Below, in pieces: positions 9,048 through 17,741 of a stretch of 61,606 nucleotides of DNA (its first letter is position 1; each line of letters starts with the position of its first letter). The DNA is from Elusimicrobiota bacterium (GTDB lineage: Bacteria; Elusimicrobiota; Elusimicrobia; UBA1565; UBA9628), in assembly GCA_027327915.1 (NCBI GenBank), contig DAHVWT010000002.1, forward strand, positions 1 through 61,606, given 5' to 3'. Under the pieces are notes generated by a model, which worked only from the letters and a program-made list of their open reading frames with translations, made no database searches and was not told where the DNA came from. Position numbers and translations under genes: made by a program.

Positions 9048-11218
9048 GGTTTGGCGCCGGCGACGGCCCGTCCCGAGACGATCATGTCCCCCACGATCTC
9101 GACGCCCTCCTCGAGATCAAGGTCCGGCGTTTCGGCGGCTCCGGTGCTGACCGCGACCGACGCCGCGGCGGAGGACACGGCGGGCGGCGCCGTGGCGCCC
9201 GAGATCTCCTCGAGCGTCACTTCTTTCGATTCCAGGAACGGCGATTGATGGCGGGCCAGCACCGCGTCGCGGTGCTTCTGCCAGGCTTCTTCTTCTTTTT
9301 TCTCCTGGAGACGCTTCGCCCAGACCAGAGACACCCTTTTTTCTTCCTTTGTTTTGCGGTAGCGCCGCATCTCTTGGCGGACGAGGGCGAAGCCGTTCGA
9401 GGCGGCGATCCTTTTCTCGCTTTTCCGCCTCAGATCGGGCAGCTCCGCGGCGACGTCACCGGCAGGGTGGAAGGGCAATGGAGCGATCTGATCGAAGGGC
9501 AGGGCGTAGGGAAGCGAGGCTTCCGTGAAATCCATCAAATCCTCGACCGAGGGCAGCTGGATGTCCGGAATCACGCCTTTGAGTTGGGTCGAGTGCCCCG
9601 TGATGCGGTAAAACTTCTGGATCGTCAGCTTAAGCGCCCCCGCCTTCCGTCCGGCCTCCCCCGTCAAATAGCGGCTCAATTCAAGAACAGCCTGGACCGT
9701 TCCCTTGCCGAAAGTGTCCTTGTCCCCGACGATCACCGCCCGATCGTAATCCTGAAGGGCCGCGGCCAGGATTTCCGACGCGGAGGCCGAGGCGCGGTTG
9801 GTCAGGACGACCAGCGGCCCTTGATAAAGAGGGGCCGTCTCGGGCGTGCCCAGGACGCGGACGTCCCCTTCCTCGTCGCGGACCTGCACGGCGGGCCCCT
9901 TGGGAACGAACAGCCCCGCCATGGAGATCGATTCCGAAAGAGAGCCGCCGCCGTTGTTGCGCACGTCGAGCACCACGCCGTCCACGCCCTTGCTCTCGAT
10001 ATATCGCAGGAGCTTCATGACGTCCCGTGCGGAGCTCTTGGGCCTGAACGCGGTCTGCATGTCGAGATAGAAGGAGGGCAGCGAGATGATGCCCACCGCG
10101 GCTTTCTCCCCGGACGCGAGGCCGATCCTCACGATACGCGCTTTCGCCTCGCGGTCCAACAAGTTAATCTTGTCGCGCACGATCGTCACGATCCGTCTGT
10201 GGGTCGGATCGGCGGCGAGCGCGGGGATCACCTTGAGACGCACCAGGGTGCCCTTCGGCCCGCGAATGAGCTCGACGACATGGTCGAGGCGCATCCCGAC
10301 GACGCTGACGAAGGGTTCGTTGCCCTGAGCCACGGCTTCGATCTTGTCGTTGGGTTTGAGGCGGTGGCTTTTCTCGGCCGGCCCGCCCGGGACCAAGCGC
10401 ACGATCTTCGCGTAGCCATCCTCGGAGGAGAGAACCGCCCCGATGCCGAAGAGGGAGAGCCCCATCTCGATGTTGAAAGTCTCTCGCCGGGGCGGCCCCA
10501 TATAGTCCGAATGAGGGTCGTAGGAGTGGGTGAGGGCCAGGAGGTACTCCTCAAGAACGTCCGAGCTTTCGAACTCCTCATAGCCCTTCAGAAGCCGATC
10601 GTATCGCTTCTCGACGTCGGAGGCGGCGGCTTCGGGCTTGGTCTTGTTGAGCCGTTCGGCGATGAGATCGTATTTAACCCGGCGGCGCCACAAGTCCTCC
10701 GCCGCGGCCACGCTCGCGGGCCTGGGGATGTCGTGGCGATCGAGAATGATCGACTCGGGGACCGTGAAGTTGGTCTGAGTATGCGCGTAGCGGCGGACCC
10801 AGGCGTCAAGATCCCGCAGCCGCCCGAGGAAAACCTTGAAAATCTCGTAGGCCGGGGAAAGATCGCCGTCCTTGAGGCGCCGGCCGAGCGTCCGGCCGAA
10901 ACGCGCCTTGAAGCGCCGGACGTCGGGCTCGATGAAGATCATGTGGTTGTAATCCAGGGAATCGAGATAATTCTTCAGCATGCGCTCCGACGTGGCGGCG
11001 TCGATCGGATGGCGGTCGTAATGCTTGGTCTCGAGCAGCCTTGCCGTCACCTGGGCGATGGCGGGGCCGAAGCGGGTCGGCTCGAGCGGCGCCGAGACCG
11101 CCGTGGCGGGCGCGGCCGCCGCGGCAGGAGCGGCGGGCGCCGCTCCCAGGAAGCGGGCGCACGGAAGGAGGAGAACTAAAGCGAGGGCGGCGACGGCAAG
11201 GCTCCGTGACGCGATCAT
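9044..11218 (-). CDS. prc: Carboxy-terminal processing protease (S41A, Prc/Tsp)
   Basis: DPHSDY, GIGAVL PDZ loop, LDVRNNGGGSL, SASASEI, TFGKGTVQ. Start is ATG 11218 (GTG 11263 is an alternative). Confidence 0.92.
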   Translation of the reverse strand: MIASRSLAVAALALVLLLPCARFLGAAPAAPAAAAAPATAVSAPLEPTRFGPAIAQVTARLLETKHYDRHPIDAATSERMLKNYLDSLDYNHMIFIEPDVRRFKARFGRTLGRRLKDGDLSPAYEIFKVFLGRLRDLDAWVRRYAHTQTNFTVPESIILDRHDIPRPASVAAAEDLWRRRVKYDLIAERLNKTKPEAAASDVEKRYDRLLKGYEEFESSDVLEEYLLALTHSYDPHSDYMGPPRRETFNIEMGLSLFGIGAVLSSEDGYAKIVRLVPGGPAEKSHRLKPNDKIEAVAQGNEPFVSVVGMRLDHVVELIRGPKGTLVRLKVIPALAADPTHRRIVTIVRDKINLLDREAKARIVRIGLASGEKAAVGIISLPSFYLDMQTAFRPKSSARDVMKLLRYIESKGVDGVVLDVRNNGGGSLSESISMAGLFVPKGPAVQVRDEEGDVRVLGTPETAPLYQGPLVVLTNRASASASEILAAALQDYDRAVIVGDKDTFGKGTVQAVLELSRYLTGEAGRKAGALKLTIQKFYRITGHSTQLKGVIPDIQLPSVEDLMDFTEASLPYALPFDQIAPLPFHPAGDVAAELPDLRRKSEKRIAASNGFALVRQEMRRYRKTKEEKRVSLVWAKRLQEKKEEEAWQKHRDAVLARHQSPFLESKEVTLEEISGATAPPAVSSAAASVAVSTGAAETPDLDLEEGVEIVGDMIVSGRAVAGAKP

Positions 11219-11259
11219 AAGCGCATTGAGAGGACCGAGCCTCCCCTGGGACGGGGGCT

Positions 11260-11787
11260 TCACGATTCGGGCTTCGCTTCGGATTTCGGCGATTCGGCCA
11301 GGAACGCCTTCATCGCCTTGAGGCACTCGACGGCCCTCGGCGCCTCGCCGTAGGGGATGCGGACTCCCTTTTTGGACCAGCCCTTGTAATTGGCGTCTTC
11401 GACCCACTCCCGCAGGTCGATGCCGATGGAATCCCTAAACCGCGCCACGCGCAGCACGAGTTCGACTCCGGCCCTGCGGGTGTAGCGCGCAAGCTCTTTT
11501 TCCGAGGCGGCGGCGCCGTCCGGGGGCAGGGCTTCGATGGCCTTCATCATCCCGGCGACAATCTCGGCGGTCAGCGTCACGCCCGCCTTCGTCGGCCCGG
11601 TATATTCGCCGCTCTTAAGAAAAGTCCGTATCGAGACATAGGGATGCCCCCGGTAGACATCCGCGTAGAAGACTAGTTCCGTGGTGGGAGAGACCGGAAT
11701 CCTGCCAAATTCCTTGACCGGCTTGAAGGCCGGGTTGCCGGCCTTCTCTGGCTTTTCATCGGGCATAAGTCGAGGGGAAAGCTTCAA
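11260..11787 (-). CDS. Protein with two tandem PC4/YdbC-like ssDNA-binding domains
   Basis: Two repeats: YRGHPYVSIRTF...GPTKAGVTL and FRDSIGIDLREW...GWSKKGVRI, both resembling PC4 DIRE[YW]...P-KKGISL. Start is TTG 11787 or ATG 11766. Confidence 0.7.
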   Translation of the reverse strand: MKLSPRLMPDEKPEKAGNPAFKPVKEFGRIPVSPTTELVFYADVYRGHPYVSIRTFLKSGEYTGPTKAGVTLTAEIVAGMMKAIEALPPDGAAASEKELARYTRRAGVELVLRVARFRDSIGIDLREWVEDANYKGWSKKGVRIPYGEAPRAVECLKAMKAFLAESPKSEAKPES

Positions 11788-11870
11788 CTCAAGTATACCG
11801 AAGTCAGAGCGCTAAGTCGAATATCCATCATCCATCTCGCCGTCTATATCTGTAGTAATATAGTGTCCTC

Positions 11871-12764
11871 ATGGAGAAAACATCGACCTTCGACCCCAAG
11901 GCTTTCGACCAGATGTCCGCGGGCATTTGGAACGAAGCCGCGCAACACTACGACCAACTCAGCCGGCTCCTCTTTGGAGCCGTCACCGACGAATTTATCC
12001 GATTCTCCGGCATCCGGCCGGGAGAAAAGGTCCTGGATATCGCCTGCGGCCCCGGCGCCGCGAGCCTCCGCGCCGCCGCGGCCGTTGGGCCCCGGGGGAC
12101 GGTCGACGCCGTCGATTTCGCGGAGAAAATGATCTCCATCGCCTCGACCCGGCCGCGTCGGGACGATTCGGCGCCGATCGTTTGGCGGCGCATGGACGCC
12201 CAGCGTCTGGAATTCCCCGGCGGCTCCTTCGACGCCGTGATCTGCCAGCTGGGCCTCATGCTCTTCGCCCGGCCGAAGCTCGCTCTAGGCGAAATGGCGC
12301 GGGTCGCCAAGCCCGGCGGGCGAGTCTCCTGTCTCGTCCAAGGGGAAGCGGCCAAGATGCTGTTCACGAGCCTTCTTAACAAGACCATGGTCAAGCATGT
12401 CCCCGAGCTCAAGATCCCGGGCGCCCCCACGATCTACGACTTCGGCCCGCCGGGAGTCCTGGAGGACGCTCTTTCCCAGGCGGGCCTCGCGCGCGTCGAG
12501 TCCCGGCGGCTGTCGGGCAAATTCCATTTCGAGTCCCCGCAAGCCTATTGGGAGACGATGGCTTCCGGAGCGGGCCGCACGGGCGTCTTGATCCAAAGCC
12601 TCGAACCGGCCAAGCGGCAGGCTCTTAAAGAGGAAGTGCTGGCCAAGTCCGCGGCTTTCGTGACGCCGGATGGATTTGAAATCCCCTACGAGTTCGTGAT
12701 GGCCAGGGGCCTGAAGAAGTCTAACGCCGCCGCTGGGAAAGCATCCGGCGCACCGTCCGCTTGA
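11871..12764 (+). CDS. Class I SAM-dependent methyltransferase (UbiE-like)
   Basis: VLDIACGPG, DAQRLEFPGGSFDAVIC, EMARVAKPGG. Confidence 0.88.
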   Translation: MEKTSTFDPKAFDQMSAGIWNEAAQHYDQLSRLLFGAVTDEFIRFSGIRPGEKVLDIACGPGAASLRAAAAVGPRGTVDAVDFAEKMISIASTRPRRDDSAPIVWRRMDAQRLEFPGGSFDAVICQLGLMLFARPKLALGEMARVAKPGGRVSCLVQGEAAKMLFTSLLNKTMVKHVPELKIPGAPTIYDFGPPGVLEDALSQAGLARVESRRLSGKFHFESPQAYWETMASGAGRTGVLIQSLEPAKRQALKEEVLAKSAAFVTPDGFEIPYEFVMARGLKKSNAAAGKASGAPSA

Positions 12765-14886
12765 GATCCTCCAAATCGAAGGGCTTGGCGAGGCAAGCCG
12801 CCTCCGTTTTCCGCAGGAACTCCAGAACACGCGGGTTGAGGATATCCCCGGTGATGAAGAGAAACTTCGAGGCCCATCCGGGATCGCGCTCGATCAGGGC
12901 GGCGTAAAGGTCGGGCCCCTTGGTCTTTTCCATCTCGAAGTCGCTGATGATAAGGTCGTAAGGCCTTTCGATCGCGATCCCCAGGGCCTCGGGCGGATCG
13001 ACGACGTCCGCCACGTCCCCCTCGTCGCGCAGGAATCTCGCGATGATCTGGGCGATATCCGTCTCGTCTTCGACCACGAGGACCCGGCAGCCGGGGACAG
13101 GCGGCAAGATCTCCATCTCGCCGGCCGCGGGCTTCAAGGCCGCCAGGTCTTCCGGCGCCGAGCGCGGCAGGAAAAGGCGGAACGAGGCTCCTCCCTTCTC
13201 GAGATTTGAAAAGCCGATCGACCCGCCGTGCTCCTCGGCGATCTGCCGGCAGATCGAGAGTCCGAGCCCCGTCCCCCGCCCCGGCTCTTTCGTCGTGAAA
13301 AATGGCTCGAACAAGCTCCCCTGGACGGCCTCCGGGACCCCGGTGCCGTTGTCCTCAACCAGGATTTCCGTCCTCTCTCCGTTCTGACGGGTGCGCACGG
13401 CGAGGCGCTTGCCTTCCCGACGAGGCGGCGCCGTTTCCATGGCGTCGCAGGCGTTGTTGATTAAATTGACCAGGACCTGCACGATCTGCTGGAAATCCGC
13501 GACGATCTCGCCCATGGGGGAGGCAAGGTCGAGGTCCACGGCGACATCCTCGGTCTTCTTGAGGCGATATTCGAGGAGTTCCACGGCCGCTCGGACGGCG
13601 ACGTTCACGTCCACGCGCGACTTCTCGCCGCCGCCGCGGCGAACGAAGAAGAGGAGGTTTTCCACGGCCTTGCGGCAACGCAAGGCGCTGTGCTGGACGC
13701 GGCGCAGGTCCTCGCGCAGCGATTCCGGCGGATTCTGGGTGAAGATGATTTGAGCGTACCCGCAGACGGCCGCCAGGGGATTATTGAGTTCGTGGGCGAC
13801 GCTCGATATCAGCTGCCCGACCGCGGAGAGCTTCTCCGATTGGATGAGTTGGGCCTGCAGGAGGGTCCTGCGCTTCCGGTTGTCCTCGAGGTTTCTCGCC
13901 ATCTCGTTGAAGGCCCCGGCGAGCGCTCCCATCTCCCCCCCGTCGGCAAAGGCGACGCGATAATCGAGCTTGCCCTTCCCGATCTCCCGCGCGGCCTCGG
14001 CGAGAGCGGCAAGGGGGCGGGTGTTGGAATAACAAAACAGCAGGATCGCCAGGACCACGATGGCGGCGGCGGCGCAGCCGATGGCGATTCCGAAGTCGCG
14101 AACGTGCTCGAGCGGGCGCAGGAACTCGGCCCGCGGCGCCATGGCCATGACCGTCCATGGCATCGCTTTCAAAGGAACGGACGCCGTGAGCGCCGGCCGC
14201 CCGGTCTCGCTTGGCGGAGCGGGGAACGCCTGGCGCGCCATCTGGATCCAGGCCTGCCCTCCCTTTCCCAGCCGGCTCGCCTTCAAGAGCGCCGAGATGG
14301 GGCCCAGGTCGTAGGCCAGCGCGAGCACGCCCTCGAAATCCCTCGCCTCGTCGCGAAGCGGCGCCGCGAAATAGAGGGCGACGCGCCCGTCTTTCAGGAG
14401 TTCCGGCGGAGAAACCCACGCGGCGCCGGACGGCAAACGGCGCGCCGCGACGAAGAAACCAGCCGAGCGCAGCGCCTCCCCGGGAGGCAAGGCTCTCCCA
14501 TCCTCGATATGGCAGACGGCGCGGCCGCGAGCATCCGCGAAAATAATGGCGTCGTAGACGGCGGAGCGCCGCGATAATCGCAGCAGCGACGCCTCCAGCT
14601 CCCGGCGGTAGGACTCGGCCTCGGCCTTCAGGGCGTAGTCCTCGCTCTGGTGGTAATCGGAGATAAGCGGCGAGTCCGACAGGGTCAGGAGCTCGTTGCG
14701 GCGCTCGCGGAGCAGGCCGTCGATGGCGGTCGCCGTGAGCTCCGTACGGTTGTGGATTTCCTGGTTGACCCCCGCCAGGATTCGGCGGCGGCTTAAATAA
14801 TACTGCGCGCCGACGACCACGACGATGCCCGCGATCACCACGGGAACGATGGCAAGAATGAGCCGCCAGCGCAGAGTCTTGGGCAC
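12721..14886 (-). CDS. Hybrid sensor histidine kinase (TM-Cache-like-TM-HAMP-HisKA-HATPase-REC)
   Basis: SVAHELNNPL H-box, QVLVNLINNACDA, DNGTG, FEPFFTTK, GTGLGL, C-terminal receiver (VVEDE...ISDFEM...KPF). GTG start 2 nt after the cupin stop. Confidence 0.92.
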   Translation of the reverse strand: MPKTLRWRLILAIVPVVIAGIVVVVGAQYYLSRRRILAGVNQEIHNRTELTATAIDGLLRERRNELLTLSDSPLISDYHQSEDYALKAEAESYRRELEASLLRLSRRSAVYDAIIFADARGRAVCHIEDGRALPPGEALRSAGFFVAARRLPSGAAWVSPPELLKDGRVALYFAAPLRDEARDFEGVLALAYDLGPISALLKASRLGKGGQAWIQMARQAFPAPPSETGRPALTASVPLKAMPWTVMAMAPRAEFLRPLEHVRDFGIAIGCAAAAIVVLAILLFCYSNTRPLAALAEAAREIGKGKLDYRVAFADGGEMGALAGAFNEMARNLEDNRKRRTLLQAQLIQSEKLSAVGQLISSVAHELNNPLAAVCGYAQIIFTQNPPESLREDLRRVQHSALRCRKAVENLLFFVRRGGGEKSRVDVNVAVRAAVELLEYRLKKTEDVAVDLDLASPMGEIVADFQQIVQVLVNLINNACDAMETAPPRREGKRLAVRTRQNGERTEILVEDNGTGVPEAVQGSLFEPFFTTKEPGRGTGLGLSICRQIAEEHGGSIGFSNLEKGGASFRLFLPRSAPEDLAALKPAAGEMEILPPVPGCRVLVVEDETDIAQIIARFLRDEGDVADVVDPPEALGIAIERPYDLIISDFEMEKTKGPDLYAALIERDPGWASKFLFITGDILNPRVLEFLRKTEAACLAKPFDLEDLKRTVRRMLSQRRR

Positions 14887-14888
14887 GA

Positions 14889-15260
14889 CTAGCGCCTGAT
14901 ATCCGGCTTGCGAAGATCGAGGGCGGGAACGAAAACGGACATGACCTCGCAACCCGATTGGCCCGCCCGGAATTCGTGCGCGGCTCCAGGCGCGAGATGC
15001 GCGTATTCCCCCTTTCGCATCCGCCGGGGCCGGCCGTTGATGACGGCGAGCAAGGTTCCTTTCGTGACGAGAAAAAATTCCGAGGTACGCGCATGCCAAA
15101 TGGCCGGATGGCTCGCTCGCGGCTTCATCGCGATCCTAAAAATTGAAAAACTCCTGCGCCCGGTTTCCGCGGCCACGCTGTCGACCCACAGCGTGCCGAT
15201 GGGCCGGGCGCTCCCCCTCCCCCAACGGCCAAAGCGCGCGGACGCCGGCTTCGGCTTCAT
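14889..15260 (-). CDS. Cupin domain protein
   Basis: WH...EFFLVTKG and GEYAHLAPGAAHEF cupin motifs; ATGA overlap with the upstream gene. Confidence 0.8.
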   Translation of the reverse strand: MKPKPASARFGRWGRGSARPIGTLWVDSVAAETGRRSFSIFRIAMKPRASHPAIWHARTSEFFLVTKGTLLAVINGRPRRMRKGEYAHLAPGAAHEFRAGQSGCEVMSVFVPALDLRKPDIRR

Positions 15261-16828
15261 TCGAAGGAGCTCCGATAAAAGTAGGGCATGCCGGTTTTGT
15301 AGGGAACGAAATGGACATCCTTGGCCACGCCGTAAGTCTTGATACGCTGATACGTAAACAGGCTCAAGGCTTGGTCGTGGACATAGCGATCCAGCTCCTG
15401 GCCGGCCCGGTCCTGATTCGACGGATCGAGCGTCGAAGTCATTTTCGCCATCAAACGGTCGAAGACGGCGCCCTTATGGATGCTGTAGGGGGAGTGGGAT
15501 GATAAAAAAATGAACTGAATGAAGAAGGAATGCGACAGGGGGTCCGGGCAGCCCCCAAAGGTGAAATCCCAGCCGCCCCGCTGAATATCGCGGATGACGG
15601 TGGCATCCGTCGTTTCCGTCGTCACGAGGCGGATGCCAACCCGCTCCAATTGGCGGGCGATGATCCGCAGGGTCCTCTCCCCTTGAACCTTGACGACTCC
15701 CTTGAGCGTCAGCCCTCGCGGGTAGCCCGCTTCCCGAAGGAGCCTTCGGGCCTTGGCGGGGTCATAGGGGTAGGGCGTCAAAGCCGGGTCGTGGCCGATC
15801 TCCCCCTCCATTGTCAAGGAAGGCAACTCCGAGCCGTTGCCGAGCAGGTCATACCGGATCAGATCGGCTCGATTGATCGCGTAGTTGATCGCGCGCCGCA
15901 CTCGGACGTCGGAAAGGGCGCTCGAACTCACGTTGACGCTGCCCGCGACGGTGTAGAAAACCGCCTTCTTCACGATCTTGGCGCGGCCGCTTTTCATCAC
16001 CGCCATGGTTGCCGTCCCGGGGAGCTCCGTGACAATATCCACCTGCCCGTCCAAAAGACCGGCGACTTGCTTGGCCGTTGGAAGAAATAAAAACGTGAGC
16101 CCATCGAATTTGGGGAAACCCTTGAGCCAATAGTCCCCGTTGGCCGCGAGGTGGATGGCCTTGCCCGGCTCCCAGGAGACGAATCGGAAGGCCCCGGTCC
16201 CGACGGGATGCCGGCCGAAATAGTCGCGCCCCTTCTCGGCCAAATAACGCGGCGGCAAGATCGGGACGAGCCCCGCCAAACGGTGGAGGAGGATGCCGTC
16301 CGGGTATTTCGTCTTGATGCGGACCGTCAGTGGGTCGACGGTTTCGGCGCCCGCGATCGAGTCGAGCATCCCCGCGCCGGGGAAAGCCGATCGGGGATCG
16401 ATGAATTTTTCGACCGTGGCGCGGACGGCCTGCGCGTCAAAAGGCTCCCCATCGTGGAATCGGACCCCGCGGCGCAGCTTGAATTCCAACGTTTTGTCAT
16501 CGACCCACCGCCAGCTCGTCGCCAGGTCGGGCTCCAGGCGCCCGTCGGGACCAAAGCGGACCAGGCTGTCGAAGATCTGCTGGACGATCGTATAGTACTT
16601 CTCGGAAAATTCCTTGAGCGGGTCAAGGCTGGCCGGCTCGACGACGTCGTCGGATATTCTGAGAATGCGTCGCGAAACCGCGGGAGAAGACGCAAGCGCG
16701 ACGGCCGGGAATAAGACGAGAAGGCTAAGGCTTGCGGCCGACGACGGCCGACGAGGGATAGATCGTATCGAGCGCGACGCGCTTATGGCGGATCTCCCGG
16801 AGTCCAAACCGCCGCATCCAGCGGACAT
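15257..16828 (-). CDS. Family 5 (DppA/OppA-like) extracellular solute-binding protein; start uncertain
   Basis: SLDP, IFDSLV, PDLATSW, FKLRRGVRFHDGEPF, PVGTGAF, DVRVRRAINYAINR. Confidence 0.9.
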   Translation of the reverse strand: MSAGCGGLDSGRSAISASRSIRSIPRRPSSAASLSLLVLFPAVALASSPAVSRRILRISDDVVEPASLDPLKEFSEKYYTIVQQIFDSLVRFGPDGRLEPDLATSWRWVDDKTLEFKLRRGVRFHDGEPFDAQAVRATVEKFIDPRSAFPGAGMLDSIAGAETVDPLTVRIKTKYPDGILLHRLAGLVPILPPRYLAEKGRDYFGRHPVGTGAFRFVSWEPGKAIHLAANGDYWLKGFPKFDGLTFLFLPTAKQVAGLLDGQVDIVTELPGTATMAVMKSGRAKIVKKAVFYTVAGSVNVSSSALSDVRVRRAINYAINRADLIRYDLLGNGSELPSLTMEGEIGHDPALTPYPYDPAKARRLLREAGYPRGLTLKGVVKVQGERTLRIIARQLERVGIRLVTTETTDATVIRDIQRGGWDFTFGGCPDPLSHSFFIQFIFLSSHSPYSIHKGAVFDRLMAKMTSTLDPSNQDRAGQELDRYVHDQALSLFTYQRIKTYGVAKDVHFVPYKTGMPYFYRSSFE

Positions 16829-17741
16829 AGTCCTCTAGAGTATAGACGTTTCCGCGTCCGGTGAAAACAAGGAGATGGACCGCCAGCATGGCGACGAATT
16901 TCGAGTCGCGTCCGCCCGGGTCGCGGACGTAGTCGTGAATCACGAGCCGCCCGCCGGGCTTGAGCGCCCGCACCGTTTTTTCAACGAGCCGTTCGTTGTT
17001 GGCGGAGCTCTCCATGTGCGTGACGTTCGACAGGAGAGCCAAGTCGTAGGCTTCCCGCCCCAGATCGTCGCGCAGAAAATCGGCGGGCTTGAACCGGAAA
17101 CGGCGCGCCCGCGGATGCGCCTTGAGGATCCTCCGAGCGACGCGGATCGTCTTGGGATAATCGAGCAGCGTCGCCTCGATCGTGGGCTCGCGCTCCACCA
17201 GGGCCCGGCTGTAGACGCCGGGGCCGCAGCCCACGTCGAGCATCCGCCCGACGCCTTTCAGGTCGAGCTGGGAGGCCAGGTCCCGCGCTGGAGTCCAGGC
17301 GACGTCGCCCATCGCCCTGACGTAGTCCGGCGTGAAGCTCTTCTTCGCAATCCAATCGACGAGAGCGCGCCGCGGACGCCCCCGGCGAAGGACTCCCTTC
17401 AAGTCCGACCACGCCTCCCACATCCTGTTCTGGTATCTCATGTTGGCGCCCCGGTAATGAGGGCTCGTGGAGACGAGCAGCTTCCTTGAAAGCGGGGTGT
17501 TGGCGTAATGGCCGCCTTGTTTATCGAGGAAACCGAGCGCCGACACCGCGTCCAGCACGATCCCGACGGCCCTCGCATCCAGCTTCAGGGCGCGGCCCAG
17601 GGCGCTGGCGCTCGTCCGTCCACGATCGATCCAACTGAAAAGGTCGTAGTCCAGGGCGACCAGGAGCGGCTTGGAGTCGCGGTAGGCGAGGGCGGCGTCG
17701 AGAAGCCTGTTGTGCTCCTCAACGAGCGCGACGCGGCTCAT
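16725..17741 (-). CDS. O-methyltransferase with N-terminal dimerisation domain (CrtF/ASMT-like)
   Basis: N-terminal wHTH-like region ending YANTP; LDVGCGPG; ADFL; LSNVTH; LKPGGRLVIHD. Confidence 0.88.
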   Translation of the reverse strand: MSRVALVEEHNRLLDAALAYRDSKPLLVALDYDLFSWIDRGRTSASALGRALKLDARAVGIVLDAVSALGFLDKQGGHYANTPLSRKLLVSTSPHYRGANMRYQNRMWEAWSDLKGVLRRGRPRRALVDWIAKKSFTPDYVRAMGDVAWTPARDLASQLDLKGVGRMLDVGCGPGVYSRALVEREPTIEATLLDYPKTIRVARRILKAHPRARRFRFKPADFLRDDLGREAYDLALLSNVTHMESSANNERLVEKTVRALKPGGRLVIHDYVRDPGGRDSKFVAMLAVHLLVFTGRGNVYTLEDYVRWMRRFGLREIRHKRVALDTIYPSSAVVGRKP

